Positions 8,910 to 19,118 are shown, counted from the stretch's first letter. The stretch: 64,000 nt of DNA from an uncultured Verrucomicrobiota bacterium (GCA_946186275.1 CAMHMO010000002.1:67436-131435); one strand, 5' to 3'. Numbers and translations: made by a program. Notes: generated by a model from the letters alone, not told the origin.

Positions 8910-10073
8910 TCATCGAAACGAGTCCCAATCGACAAACCGAAACACCTGCGACAGCGGTTGAACCATGAGGGCGATCGTCAGCAAAACCAAACCGACAATC
9001 ACGATAATACACAGCGGTTCCGTCCACTTCAAAACCTGCAACAGACATTCTTCGTAACGTTGATAACAGTCGCGCGAGTACTCCTGCAAAACGGACGGCA
9101 GGTCGCCGCGTGCTTCCGCCGTTTCAATCGCCCGCTGCAGTTCCCGCGGAAGACCGTTCACAGCTTTGGCGAGCGTTTGTCCCTTTTGAAGACGTTCGCG
9201 TACGGTTTCGAACGTGATGTGCTTCAGCGGAACGTCGGCAAACGTCAATTTCAATGCCTGCAACAACGGCAGGCGTTGGTGCAATAAAGCACTCAAATTC
9301 CCCGTAAAAGAGCCGTACGTGAGCCATTGACGTCCGATAAGATTTAAAAGTGATGCGACGGAGAGATGTTTTTTGAACTTCAAATACATCATCGTTGGAA
9401 GCGCAAATGCAAATACCCCGACAGCAATCATCGGCGCGCGGGCGTTTAACCCGAACAGTAAGTTTGTGAACCCATCCGCTTCCATGGACGGTTGCGACAG
9501 GAACGATTGCAGTTGCGGCAGGAGGAAGCCGCTGACAATCAGCAGAAACAGAACGGCAATTCCGAGAAGAAATGCGGGGTAAATGAGCGCGCGTTTCAAT
9601 TTTCGATGCAGGCTTGTCTGCAACGCGAGCAAGGTTCGAATACGACCGATGCCTTCCGCAAAGTAGCCGCCCGTTTCCGCCAACCGCAACAACGTAATCA
9701 CACCATTGCCGAGGATCGGTGCAAACGGTTGAAACAACATCCAAACGTAATTCCCGTGTTGCAGACGTTCGACCGCCGTTGTTGCAAGTGTTTTCTGCAT
9801 CGGCAAAAGCGACTTTGTTTGTAACGCCTTAAAGGCGGATACCATCGAGGCTTTACGGCTTAAAGCCGCATAAAGCGCGTCAAAAAACACGGACCACTGC
9901 CGTCGGTTCGGCGGACGCTCGCGATGAAGAGAAATCTTCGGTAATGCCCACAGGGATGTCGGGATGGTTCGGTTTTTCAACAATGTTCGCAGACATTCGA
10001 AACGCGACGACGCGCGCAGGAATTGATATTTTGTCGAACCGTCGTTGCAAGCGGTTTTGCAGAAAAACCACAT
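8910..10073 (-). CDS. Type II secretion / type IV pilus platform protein, GspF/PilC family
   Basis: It has two T2SS-F-like repeats (..LLRLAETGGYFAEGIGRI.. and ..AIETAEARGDLPSVLQEYS..), each followed by TM segments, and is ~390 aa long. No other secretion or pilus component is adjacent. Confidence 0.75.
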   Translation of the reverse strand: MWFFCKTACNDGSTKYQFLRASSRFECLRTLLKNRTIPTSLWALPKISLHRERPPNRRQWSVFFDALYAALSRKASMVSAFKALQTKSLLPMQKTLATTAVERLQHGNYVWMLFQPFAPILGNGVITLLRLAETGGYFAEGIGRIRTLLALQTSLHRKLKRALIYPAFLLGIAVLFLLIVSGFLLPQLQSFLSQPSMEADGFTNLLFGLNARAPMIAVGVFAFALPTMMYLKFKKHLSVASLLNLIGRQWLTYGSFTGNLSALLHQRLPLLQALKLTFADVPLKHITFETVRERLQKGQTLAKAVNGLPRELQRAIETAEARGDLPSVLQEYSRDCYQRYEECLLQVLKWTEPLCIIVIVGLVLLTIALMVQPLSQVFRFVDWDSFR

Positions 10074-10304
10074 GCTTTATTCTGGTGTTTTCGCAAAGCG
10101 TTTTCAACGGAAATTCGGATCGAAAGGGAACGCCTTCGGCAGCAACCTGCCCACCACATGCGCACCGACAACGACGGCACACATGTTATTTCATATGATT
10201 GCGACGGAAATGCGTTGTTTCATCCCGTCGTGGTCAATTTCGCTTCGGTTTAATGTTTTCGGATGATTTCCAACGCAATATCTGTTTAAACATTTACTCT
10301 TGTA

Positions 10305-11891
10305 TCAATTTTCGTATTCAAACTTTCCGTTATATTCTACGTATTTTTTGCTCTTTTTGCCTTTTTTATTCGGATAGAATCTTTTCTTGTTTGTATTTTG
10401 TTTTTGTTGAAAGGTATCTTTCTGAAAATTCGGTCGAAGAGCATCATTTTTGACTTCCTCTTTAGGTTCTTCTTCGTCTTCCCGGATCGCATCCATGGTA
10501 TTCAGAACGTACGCTTCGGAATTTTGAAGTTCCTTGATTTTCGCTTGGGCTTTGAATAAAAACGCTTGAGTTTTCTGCAATTCCGTTCGCAAATTACCCA
10601 ATTCCAGCTTTAAACCTACAATCTCTTCTTTTTTCTCTTTGAGGGTTGCCCCGTTTTCATCACGTTCCTTTTTCAACATTTGTTTTGCGTCATCCCTGAA
10701 CTTCATTGCATTGGTCAATTGTTCTTCAAGGTTGCTCTTGTCCGCTTGCAATGTCGCAACCATATTGATTTTATCCTTCCACTCTTCCACTAAAGTTCTC
10801 AGTTTTTCGATTTCTTCTTCCAGCGTTTCTTTTTCCGTTTCCAAACCGTTCAGCCTTTTGGAAAGATCCTTATTGTTCCCCAGGAGTTTCGAGGCTTCCG
10901 GTCTCTGTGTCTTCCCGTAATTTCTTTCTTCTTCGAGTTCCTTTGTGAGCTTTTCAACGGTTTCCGTCTGTTGTTTTTTGAAATTTTCATACTCATTCGT
11001 CGCTTGCAACAGATCCTGCAACAATTTTTCATAATTTTTTTCCGCTGTTTCGGCCCGTTTCCTCAACGGCTTGATTTCGCTGCGCAAAGCTTCCGCTTCG
11101 TTGCGTCGTTTTTCATTAACCATCTTTAAATGTGAAATTTCTTTTTCGAGCTTACCTCCTTTCTTTTTCAAACATTCAAAGTCTTTTTCCAGTTTTGTCT
11201 TTTCCTGCTCAACTTTGAAACGATGAAAGAATTCCAGATAGGCTTTATGCAGTTGATTATTTTCGAGATATGCCTCGACTTGATCCTTGTCTGTCCAGCA
11301 TCCGTTTTGCACGTTGCCGATAAAAAAATTTAACGCCACTTTTTTAACGTCTTCTTTTTTGATACTCGGACAATCTTCAAAAGCACCGACAATACTCCCG
11401 TGGTGAGCCGCATCCAGCAGTATCTTACCGCTCCCTTGAAACGGACCTTTCAATTTCGGACATTCTGCGAAGCTGAGATTACCGAATATGAAGAGTGTGA
11501 AATCTTTAATAATCAGACTCTCCAACAACGGTGCTTCTTCAAAACATTGCGGTGTAAATTCCAGATGCGATTGTGAAAAAGTCAGCGAAACAACCAGCTG
11601 TTTGAGTGTATCACCGGCGCAAAACACACCCTCGACCCTATCAAATGTCAACTGGAAAGGCTTTTTGAAATTTTCAAACAGCTGACTTGATGTGTCGGCT
11701 TTAACAAAGCCCTTTTGAAGTACGATATTGGGCATCGGATCTGTCGCCTTTTTCAGTTCTTTAAGCTGTTCCTTAAAACCTTCGCTCCGATTGGAACGCA
11801 TTAAATTCGGGAATTTACTCGCGAGAAATTCTTTTGCTTTGACACACAGGTTTTCTTCAGCCTGCTTCAAAATCTCGTCGAGGTGTCCCAT
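10305..11891 (-). CDS. ORFan protein with an N-terminal domain carrying weak BspA/LRR_5-like repeats, a long K/E coiled coil and a basic tail (528 aa)
   Basis: Three F..C..L-type units are present (CFEEAPLLESLII, LSFAECPKLKG, VGAFEDCPSIKK). About 280 aa of heptad-like K/E/L-rich sequence follow, ending in a tail KKRFYPNKKGKKSKKY. The LRR call is pattern recognition only. Confidence 0.6.
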   Translation of the reverse strand: MGHLDEILKQAEENLCVKAKEFLASKFPNLMRSNRSEGFKEQLKELKKATDPMPNIVLQKGFVKADTSSQLFENFKKPFQLTFDRVEGVFCAGDTLKQLVVSLTFSQSHLEFTPQCFEEAPLLESLIIKDFTLFIFGNLSFAECPKLKGPFQGSGKILLDAAHHGSIVGAFEDCPSIKKEDVKKVALNFFIGNVQNGCWTDKDQVEAYLENNQLHKAYLEFFHRFKVEQEKTKLEKDFECLKKKGGKLEKEISHLKMVNEKRRNEAEALRSEIKPLRKRAETAEKNYEKLLQDLLQATNEYENFKKQQTETVEKLTKELEEERNYGKTQRPEASKLLGNNKDLSKRLNGLETEKETLEEEIEKLRTLVEEWKDKINMVATLQADKSNLEEQLTNAMKFRDDAKQMLKKERDENGATLKEKKEEIVGLKLELGNLRTELQKTQAFLFKAQAKIKELQNSEAYVLNTMDAIREDEEEPKEEVKNDALRPNFQKDTFQQKQNTNKKRFYPNKKGKKSKKYVEYNGKFEYEN

Positions 11892-12253
11892 TCTTTCGGG
11901 ATCTCAAGAGCGGCAACAAATTTCACCGCTTCTATTCCCATTTTGAAGCTTTTATCCGCATCTTTAAAGCTTTTGTAGTTGATACGATCCCAAACATCCC
12001 CGACGACCAAATGATTGAAGGGGATTAAGCAGTCCTGCCTGAGAACTTCCGTGAGATCCGTCATAATTGTTAATTCCTTGTTTTGGATAGCTTCCTCGAG
12101 TACTTTCGCAAGCGTGTTGCAGTCGTTTTCATACTGCAATCTTTTTTCTTTCAATCCCGCTAAAAGTCCTTTTTGCGTAATCTCCTCATTTTTGGAATCG
12201 ATAACAATTTCTTTCGCCGATGCCGTCGAAAGGAAGCCGCTTTTTGCAACCAA
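11867..12253 (-). CDS. Hypothetical protein (128 aa) overlapping the downstream ORFan by 25 nt
   Basis: It is an open frame in the same orientation and with the same A/T-rich composition as 10305..11891. I recognise no motif. Confidence 0.45.
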   Translation of the reverse strand: MVAKSGFLSTASAKEIVIDSKNEEITQKGLLAGLKEKRLQYENDCNTLAKVLEEAIQNKELTIMTDLTEVLRQDCLIPFNHLVVGDVWDRINYKSFKDADKSFKMGIEAVKFVAALEIPKEWDTSTRF

Positions 12254-12630
12254 AGCCGCTACAAACGAACGCGTTAAAACCCGTCGGATCTCTGTGTATT
12301 AAGAATTTTTTCATAACCACGCTCAAGCCGTATGTGAAATTTTTACTCAATGCAAGCGTTTATTTTTATGTTCACTTCTGGAATTTTTGGTGTATGAACG
12401 GTCATTTTTTCAAAAAAACATGGGAATTTTTCGGTTTTTTATCATTTTTACCGTCCGTTCGGAGTTTTCTCGGAAACAGTAAATGCTTGTCAAAGAAGAT
12501 TGGTTTTTATCGTTTGTGGATCAAAAAAAACCGCTGAAATCATCCGTTCCGTACGGGATGGAACCTTTGCTGAAGCCGTTGCCTTTCTGTCGTCGCAGGA
12601 AGAGGCTTTCCCCATGATCGTCGGCAAACC

Positions 12631-14031
12631 TTACCCCACTCCCAACGTCCGTTTGATATCCATTACCATCGCTTTCGTCGCATCCTCAGCGTGCAGTTCC
12701 CGCAGGTGTTCAGATATCGTTTCACGTTTTTCCTTATTCGAAAGCAACGCATGCGCTTCCCCCAACAGTTTCGGGAGATCGCTCTGTTCTAAACAAACGC
12801 ACCCGCCCTGTTGTTCGAACGCGTGCGCATTGGCACGTTGATGACCGTCGGCGGATGTCGGAAGCGGGATGAGAATCGACGGCGTTTCGCAAACCGTCAG
12901 TTCCGCAATCGTTCCGGCGCCGGCACGCCCGATGACCGCATCCGCGGCGGAATACACGATATGCATTTGGTGGCAAAAGGGTATAAAACGAACGGAAGAT
13001 CCTTCTAATCCGACGGACACGAACGGTTTCGCAGAAGACAAAGTATCCGAAAGTTCCGATGAAGGGTGTTCTTTTTTCGCAACGTGCTCCGTTTTTAACT
13101 CAAACGCTTTGTTTTTATCGTTTGCGGTATCTGAAAAATTTACTTCGGAAGCAACCGTTTCGTTTCGCCAAGCTCCGTCACCCCCTTCGGGAATAACTGC
13201 TGTTTTTTGTATCGCACCGCTGTTATCGGTTTCGAGTTTTATCGCGGAAGCAACCGCCTTCGTCCTTTGCCCGACCTTGTTGCCGCATTTTTTGGTCATC
13301 TCCGAAACGGAAGCACAACCCACCTCCGTATCAGCCGCACCCTCTATATTATTCCGCACCCCCGTCAGACACAATACTTGAAGATTTTGTCCCTTAAAAT
13401 CTTCGATGTGTTCCCGCGCCCATTGGGTCAACACCCGTGCGCCCTGACTGCCGCCGACCACGACCAAAAGTAATTTTTTCGGGTCAAAGCCCAACCGTTG
13501 CTTGGCGATGGTTTTACCTTGTTTTTGAAATTCCCGCCGTATCGGGAAGCCGCAGACTTTCATGCGCAACCGCGGTTGTTTTTGAAAAATTTCGGGTACA
13601 TATACCGTTGTTGCCCAACGACCCAGCAGTCTTACAGCGCGTCCTGGGATACGGTTGGCTTCGTGCAAGAAACAGGGTTTTCGCAGGAATTTTGCTGCCA
13701 AAACAATGCCGACGTTGGTAAAACCGCCAAAACCGATGACCGCATCCGCACGGGTTTGTCGCAACAAACGGAACGATTGGGCGATGTTTTTAAACGCCGC
13801 CAAAAAACACCGCGGGAGGTTCGAAATTTTTCCTGAAAAGCCGATGCCCGGCAGGGGAATAAACGTCAACTCGGGGTAGGCACCACAAAGCGTTTGATCG
13901 ACGCGCTTTTCGGAGATTAAGAGCTTACACCGATGCCCGCGCGCCGTCAATTCCTGCGCAACGGCAATCCCGGGCGACAGATGCCCGCCCGTCCCACCGC
14001 AGGCGATGAGAAAGTGCTTTGATTGTATCAC
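12631..14031 (-). CDS. murG: MurG (undecaprenyl-PP-MurNAc-pentapeptide GlcNAc transferase) with a ~100-aa internal insertion
   Basis: The protein has the N-terminal ACGGTGGHLSPGIAVA, then VVGGSQGAR, then the C-terminal AADAVIGRAGAGTIAEL. At 466 aa it is longer than the ~355-370 aa typical of the family. Confidence 0.9.
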   Translation of the reverse strand: MIQSKHFLIACGGTGGHLSPGIAVAQELTARGHRCKLLISEKRVDQTLCGAYPELTFIPLPGIGFSGKISNLPRCFLAAFKNIAQSFRLLRQTRADAVIGFGGFTNVGIVLAAKFLRKPCFLHEANRIPGRAVRLLGRWATTVYVPEIFQKQPRLRMKVCGFPIRREFQKQGKTIAKQRLGFDPKKLLLVVVGGSQGARVLTQWAREHIEDFKGQNLQVLCLTGVRNNIEGAADTEVGCASVSEMTKKCGNKVGQRTKAVASAIKLETDNSGAIQKTAVIPEGGDGAWRNETVASEVNFSDTANDKNKAFELKTEHVAKKEHPSSELSDTLSSAKPFVSVGLEGSSVRFIPFCHQMHIVYSAADAVIGRAGAGTIAELTVCETPSILIPLPTSADGHQRANAHAFEQQGGCVCLEQSDLPKLLGEAHALLSNKEKRETISEHLRELHAEDATKAMVMDIKRTLGVG

Positions 14032-14375
14032 GTCGGAATTATTCTGACATCCGCTGTTAAGGTTTCAAGCCGGGATGTCATGAATATCAGCGTTGTTGCA
14101 CAACCGCAATCCGTCAACCCGCTTTTTGTAAAAAAGAAATACCCGAGGCAACTTTAGACATTCGAAAAATATTCCCGAAAATAATCGCGTTTAACGAACC
14201 GAAGTATGTGTTCTTGTACGTGTATAGTGACGCTATTTGCTGCGTTCTGCTTTATCGCACGTGCCTTCGGAAATTTCGAGCGCACCGACGCCGATATTGC
14301 AGGTACGGAATCGCCCACGTTGCACGTTTTACCGTATTCTGACGGTTCATCCCGATGTTCGATGAACGGTGAATG

Positions 14376-15488
14376 TCAGCACATCTTATATTCCAATCGT
14401 CGCAACGGCGAATAACAGTCGCGCGATAAATTCGTCAGCAGACCGATAAAGCAGGCATTGGTAACCAAATTCGAACCGCCGTAGCTCAAAAACGGCAACG
14501 CAAGCCCTTTGGTCGGGAGCAGTCCCGTGATAACGCCCAAATTGAGAAAAACCTGTATTGTCAGGAAACAGACGGTACCCAAGCCGATGTAAAACAAAAA
14601 CGCATCCGTATGCGCGCGGGTAATTTTTAAACCGCAATACGTGATGCCGCCGAAGCACAGCAGAACGATTATCATATGAACAATTCCGAGTTCTTCCGCC
14701 AGTACGGCACCGATAAAGTCCGTATGCGCTTCGGGAAGAAAGAAAAACTGTTGTCGTCCCTGTCCGAGACCGCAACCGAACCAACCGCCCGACGAAAATG
14801 CCAGCAGACTTTGCCACAGCTGATAACCGCTTCCGGTGCGATTGGCTTCGAGATCCAAAAACGCCAAAACACGACCGAGACGAACGGGATTTTGATAAAC
14901 CGCAATGCCAAATAAAGTCAGACCTGCGACGACGGCGGATGTGATATAAACCCAACGAATGCCGCGTACGAACAGCAGCAACGCGGCGACCGTTCCGAAA
15001 AGTGCCGTGGTTCCAAAATCGGGTTCGAGCATCAGCAGGATACAAAAAATGCCGACGCACGCGATCGGTCGCACGAAGCCTTTGAAAAAGCTTTTTTCAT
15101 GCATGTGATTTGAAAGGAAGTAAGAAAAAAAGAGGATGAAACCGACTTTTGCGGGTTCGGACGACTGAAAACGAAAATTGCCGCTTCCGATCCAGCGGCG
15201 CGAGCCTTTAATGCAGCGACCGATCCCGGGAATAAATACCGACAGCAACAATCCGATCGTCAATAACCCGATCCACGGTCCGAAGCGTTCCAATTTACGA
15301 AGAGGGAAAAAGGTGAAAATTAAAAAACAAATACCCGCGACACCGCACCAGGCGCATTGTTTTATAAAGTACGTGTAACCGTGTACCAACGGTTGCGTCG
15401 CACTGCACAGCATCAACAATCCGTAAGTCAGTAAAACAAGGCTGCAGAAAAGAAGTCCGTTGCGGGCACTTCTCAGGTCATACTTCAT
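14376..15488 (-). CDS. ftsW: SEDS-family peptidoglycan glycosyltransferase FtsW
   Basis: It has a ten-TM-like profile and the conserved C-terminal GLLPTKGLALPFLSYGGSN. It lies upstream of murG. Confidence 0.85.
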   Translation of the reverse strand: MKYDLRSARNGLLFCSLVLLTYGLLMLCSATQPLVHGYTYFIKQCAWCGVAGICFLIFTFFPLRKLERFGPWIGLLTIGLLLSVFIPGIGRCIKGSRRWIGSGNFRFQSSEPAKVGFILFFSYFLSNHMHEKSFFKGFVRPIACVGIFCILLMLEPDFGTTALFGTVAALLLFVRGIRWVYITSAVVAGLTLFGIAVYQNPVRLGRVLAFLDLEANRTGSGYQLWQSLLAFSSGGWFGCGLGQGRQQFFFLPEAHTDFIGAVLAEELGIVHMIIVLLCFGGITYCGLKITRAHTDAFLFYIGLGTVCFLTIQVFLNLGVITGLLPTKGLALPFLSYGGSNLVTNACFIGLLTNLSRDCYSPLRRLEYKMC

Positions 15489-16738
15489 TGCACGTCCAGC
15501 GGAACCACGGGCATGTCTTTGTTTTCTTCAAACAAATCTTTGAAATCATCTTCCTCAAATGTCGAAGAGGGCTTGGGTTGGTCGATGTCTTCGGTATGTG
15601 ACGGTGCAACGGGCTCCGGTTCCCGCTTATAGTCTCGAACGAACGGCTCCTCGTTATGTCGCTTAACGGGAACCTCATCGTACGTCCTGACGGATGTTTT
15701 TCGACGTTGCGAAGGTCTTTCGGAGGAAACGGACGACCGCTCTTTCAGGCGCAATACCTGACCGACCTGCAACTGTTCGGGATTTTTTAAATCATTCAGC
15801 TGCGTCAATTCCGCCACCGACCGACGGCAACGCTTGGCGATGATCCACAAACTGTCGCCGGCTTGTACCGTGTAGGTGTCACCTTCGATGGGCGTCGCAT
15901 CGGATTTTGAAGGCGTACTACGGGATTTTTCGCTCACGGGTGCCGAACCAGAAAGATATAACTTCTGTCCGATATAGATGGTATCCGATTTGAGGTGATT
16001 TTGTTCGCGCAGTTTGGCAACGGTCGTGCCGAATTTTTTGGCAATTTTACCGAGCGTATCGCCTTTTTGAACGGAATAAACGCCGTCCTTCTCCGTCGAA
16101 GACAACGCCGAAGCGCTTTTCGGCACCAAGATCATCTGACCGACCGACAGGGTTGCGTTACGGTCAAAGCCGTTCATCTGCTGTAATTCGAACAGGGAAA
16201 TTTGGAAACGCTTGGCGATTTTCGAAAGCGTATCGCCTTTGACGACGCGGTACGGTTCGACCTCTCCCGAAAGGGAAGGTTCGGTGGAAGCACCGCCTTG
16301 CGGGATGGAAAGCACCTGACCGACGGAGAGCTTGTTTTTGTTTTTAAGCTGATTTTCCTGCATCAGTTGTAAAACAGAAACATTAAAACGATGTGCGATC
16401 TTCGTCAGCGTATCGCCTTTGCGAACCACATACGTCGTATTTCCGTCCGGCACCATCGGCGAGAATGTCGGTTCTTCCACGGGTATCGGTTCAAAAACGG
16501 GTTCTTCGACCACAACGGGGCGGCGCGGCGTTGCACGAACGGGCTTTATCGGCTCTTCGGATACATCCGTCACGGCTTCGTTTTCGGAGGTTCCGACAAC
16601 GGTCGAATTCTCATTTGTGACAACTTCGGGCGATTTGGACGAAAACCAATTGTTACATCCCTGCAACAGCAGGCATGCCGCCGATAAAAAAACGCGCCCA
16701 AAATGTTTTTGGGAAAAAGGAAGGAAACGCATATACAT
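15485..16738 (-). CDS. Lipoprotein with four LysM repeats and an acidic disordered tail
   Basis: It has a signal peptide with lipobox LLQGC and four Y.V..GDTL..IA..F......L...N motifs. No catalytic (M23 or amidase) domain is visible. Its stop overlaps the ftsW start as ATGA. Confidence 0.85.
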   Translation of the reverse strand: MYMRFLPFSQKHFGRVFLSAACLLLQGCNNWFSSKSPEVVTNENSTVVGTSENEAVTDVSEEPIKPVRATPRRPVVVEEPVFEPIPVEEPTFSPMVPDGNTTYVVRKGDTLTKIAHRFNVSVLQLMQENQLKNKNKLSVGQVLSIPQGGASTEPSLSGEVEPYRVVKGDTLSKIAKRFQISLFELQQMNGFDRNATLSVGQMILVPKSASALSSTEKDGVYSVQKGDTLGKIAKKFGTTVAKLREQNHLKSDTIYIGQKLYLSGSAPVSEKSRSTPSKSDATPIEGDTYTVQAGDSLWIIAKRCRRSVAELTQLNDLKNPEQLQVGQVLRLKERSSVSSERPSQRRKTSVRTYDEVPVKRHNEEPFVRDYKREPEPVAPSHTEDIDQPKPSSTFEEDDFKDLFEENKDMPVVPLDVQ

Positions 16739-16793
16739 CTCTTATGATAAACAATGCGCGTTTAATGACAACTTTTTTGTGTAAAAAAACCGT

Positions 16794-17267
16794 TCAGGCG
16801 ATTGCTTCCCGAATTAGGATCCACCGTTGAATTTCGAAGGTGTCGGTTTTTTTCAAAATTTCCTCTTTTTTAAAAAGATGTTCGAACGGCGGGAAAAACG
16901 CATCGCCGTCGTACGTTTGGAAAATGACCGACAGAAGCAGTTCATCGCAGATCGGCAACAATTGCGCGTAAATCGAAGCCCCGCCGCAAACCCATACGGT
17001 TTCGACGGTTGCGGGGATTTGCGAGATGTCGGTAATGACATGAACATTCTCCGCAGGAAAAGCGTGATGCGTCAAAACGTACGTGGTGCGTTGCGGCAAT
17101 GGACGCGACCCCATCGATTCAAACGTTTTGCGCCCCATCAACAATGTTTGATGCAGGGTGGTTTGCCGAAAATGTTGCAACTCCTCCGGCAGATGCCACG
17201 GCAACCGATTATTCCGACCGATGACGCGGTTGGATGTCATCGCCGCAATAGCTTTAAACGTCACCAT
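16794..17267 (-). CDS. folA: Dihydrofolate reductase
   Basis: The sequence reads AIAAMTSNRVIGRNNRLPWHLPEELQHFRQTT..LMGRKTFES. The ATG at 17267 shares one nt with the thyA TGA. Confidence 0.9.
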   Translation of the reverse strand: MVTFKAIAAMTSNRVIGRNNRLPWHLPEELQHFRQTTLHQTLLMGRKTFESMGSRPLPQRTTYVLTHHAFPAENVHVITDISQIPATVETVWVCGGASIYAQLLPICDELLLSVIFQTYDGDAFFPPFEHLFKKEEILKKTDTFEIQRWILIREAIA

Positions 17268-18064
17268 CAAACGGCGACCTCCGCTTTGATGGTCGGGTAC
17301 GGGTCGTAGTTTTCCAAATGAAACGATTCGTATGTAAAATTATCAATATCCGTCACGGTCGGATCCAACGTCAACGTCGGGAGTCCCTTCGGTGTGCGCG
17401 ACAACTGCGTATGAACGGCTTCGAAGTGGTTTTTGTAAATGTGCGCATCGCCCAAGGTGTGAACGAAGGTGCCTGGTTTTAAACCGCATACCTGCGCAAC
17501 CATGTACGTTAACAGCGAGTAGGAAGCGATGTTGAACGGAACGCCCAGAAACAGATCGCCGCTGCGTTGGTACAGCTGGCAATCGAGCCGACCGTCGGTA
17601 TGTACGTAAAATTGAAAAAACGCATGGCACGGCGGTAATGCCATGTATTTTAACTCGCCGACGTTCCACGCCGAAACAATGTGCCGTCGACCGAACGGTT
17701 CCTTTTTAATGCCCTCGATGAGGGTCTTTATTTGATCCGTCGTCTGCCCGTCGGCTCCTTTCCAATGCCGCCATTGGGCGCCGTACACCGGACCGAGATT
17801 ACCGTCCGCATCCGCCCACTCATTCCAGATACGGACATTGTTTTCTTTCAAAAACCGAATGCTGGTTTCGCCTTTCAGAAACCACAGCAGTTCGTAGACG
17901 ATCGACTTGAAATGCACCTTCTTGGTCGTCAACAGCGGGAAGCTTTTGGAAATATCGATTTTCATTTGCGCCCCGAAAATACTGACGGTTCCGACGCCGG
18001 TGCGGTCGGAGCGTTCTTCGCCGTGATCAAGAACGTGCTTTAAAAGATCCAGGTAGAGTTGCAT
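17267..18064 (-). CDS. thyA: Thymidylate synthase (ThyA type)
   Basis: It has [21 protein letters not shown] and the catalytic [12 protein letters not shown]. Its length of 265 aa fits the family. Confidence 0.95.
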   Translation of the reverse strand: MQLYLDLLKHVLDHGEERSDRTGVGTVSIFGAQMKIDISKSFPLLTTKKVHFKSIVYELLWFLKGETSIRFLKENNVRIWNEWADADGNLGPVYGAQWRHWKGADGQTTDQIKTLIEGIKKEPFGRRHIVSAWNVGELKYMALPPCHAFFQFYVHTDGRLDCQLYQRSGDLFLGVPFNIASYSLLTYMVAQVCGLKPGTFVHTLGDAHIYKNHFEAVHTQLSRTPKGLPTLTLDPTVTDIDNFTYESFHLENYDPYPTIKAEVAV

Positions 18065-18243
18065 AAGGTTTTTTAAGAGTACGGTTGAAAAGTTGCAATT
18101 TCACTTATTCGGTTCGCTTCGATTTAAAGCCGCAAACAATACGCTTTGCCACGGAAGAAAACGAACCATCGAAAATTTTTATTCTTTTGACAATGATGAA
18201 AAATCGGGAAAGCACAGAGCTTCTCGCAACAAGAGCAATCTTT

Positions 18244-18723
18244 CTATAATCCCAATCCCCTGCGACCGTTGGCGAGCTGTTCCTGCAACGCCTCTTGGAA
18301 TTGGATCATGTCTTCCTGCGAAGGACGATAACCGATTTGCGTCGGGCTCAATGACAGCCGACCGAGCGCATCCAAGCCCCAGGTGGCCGTTTTGCCGTCG
18401 GAAAACGTGACGGTGCCGTTGACGACTTTGCCGGGACGGGTAACGGGATCGACGGAAACGCGCACCGTACCGCCGCCTTCATCAATGACATCGTCTTCGA
18501 GCGGATCGTTCGAAGTTTGCGGCTTTTGTTCGAGTGCCGACGGTTTTGGTTCCGCTGCCAATTCCAGCGCAAAATCATCCATCAGGAAGCGCGTTTCCAG
18601 GTAGGTCAGGCGCGTTCCGAACGTACTATTGATATACGTTTGCAATTCGCCGACGGAGCGCGTCTTTAATGCCTGTGTGCGAATTTGTTCGATTTGTTCC
18701 GGCGTAAAACTCGGTTGGGACAT
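18244..18723 (-). CDS. Hypothetical protein (159 aa)
   Basis: It is a clean ORF with core-like composition downstream of dnaA. I recognise no motif. Confidence 0.5.
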   Translation of the reverse strand: MSQPSFTPEQIEQIRTQALKTRSVGELQTYINSTFGTRLTYLETRFLMDDFALELAAEPKPSALEQKPQTSNDPLEDDVIDEGGGTVRVSVDPVTRPGKVVNGTVTFSDGKTATWGLDALGRLSLSPTQIGYRPSQEDMIQFQEALQEQLANGRRGLGL

Positions 18724-19118
18724 GGTGTGAAAGACTCGGTTGCCTTTATCGTAAAATTTCCGAAAAAACGTTCAAGCTTTTTGCCAGCGGAAAAAGCGAT
18801 TGTTTTGTTGTTTGTTTTCGGATGAACGGCACCGTCGGAAGGTTTTTTTGGGGTATCATAAATTCCGACGACAATCGGTTGTCGTTTCGCTGTTGCGGAA
18901 AACGTATACGGATGTTTTCGGAGCGTGTGTCGGCGGATAAAAACGTTTTGCGTGCCCTGTGAAAAAATGCACACAACAACATTCTTCATCAAATTGTGCA
19001 TCATTATGCTCTTATCCGTCGACAACAAAGCACTTCGGCGACTGTTCCCTGTTGTGTTCCGCAGGAAAAACATAAACCCCAACCTTCGCAGGGTTCGGGC
19101 GGATACGACAAAGCGGGT

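Noticed and set aside
8910-10073. GspF/PilC as evidence for a secretion or pilus system in this window
   Set aside because: It is a single platform-protein gene with no ATPase, secretin, pseudopilin or prepilin peptidase nearby. A system cannot be called from this window.
12831-12846. TGGCAC hits as sigma-54 promoters (also at 42077-42082), considered because an enhancer-binding protein is present
   Set aside because: Neither is followed by TTGC at the -12 spacing, and both lie inside coding sequence (murG and gatB). I found no convincing -24/-12 promoter in the window by eye.
18724-19118. The dnaA-downstream spacer as the origin
   Set aside because: It holds only degenerate box-like strings (TTATCCGTC, TTATCCGCC) and no clear A/T-rich unwinding stretch. 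The upstream region 20469-20880 is the better candidate, though neither is proven.
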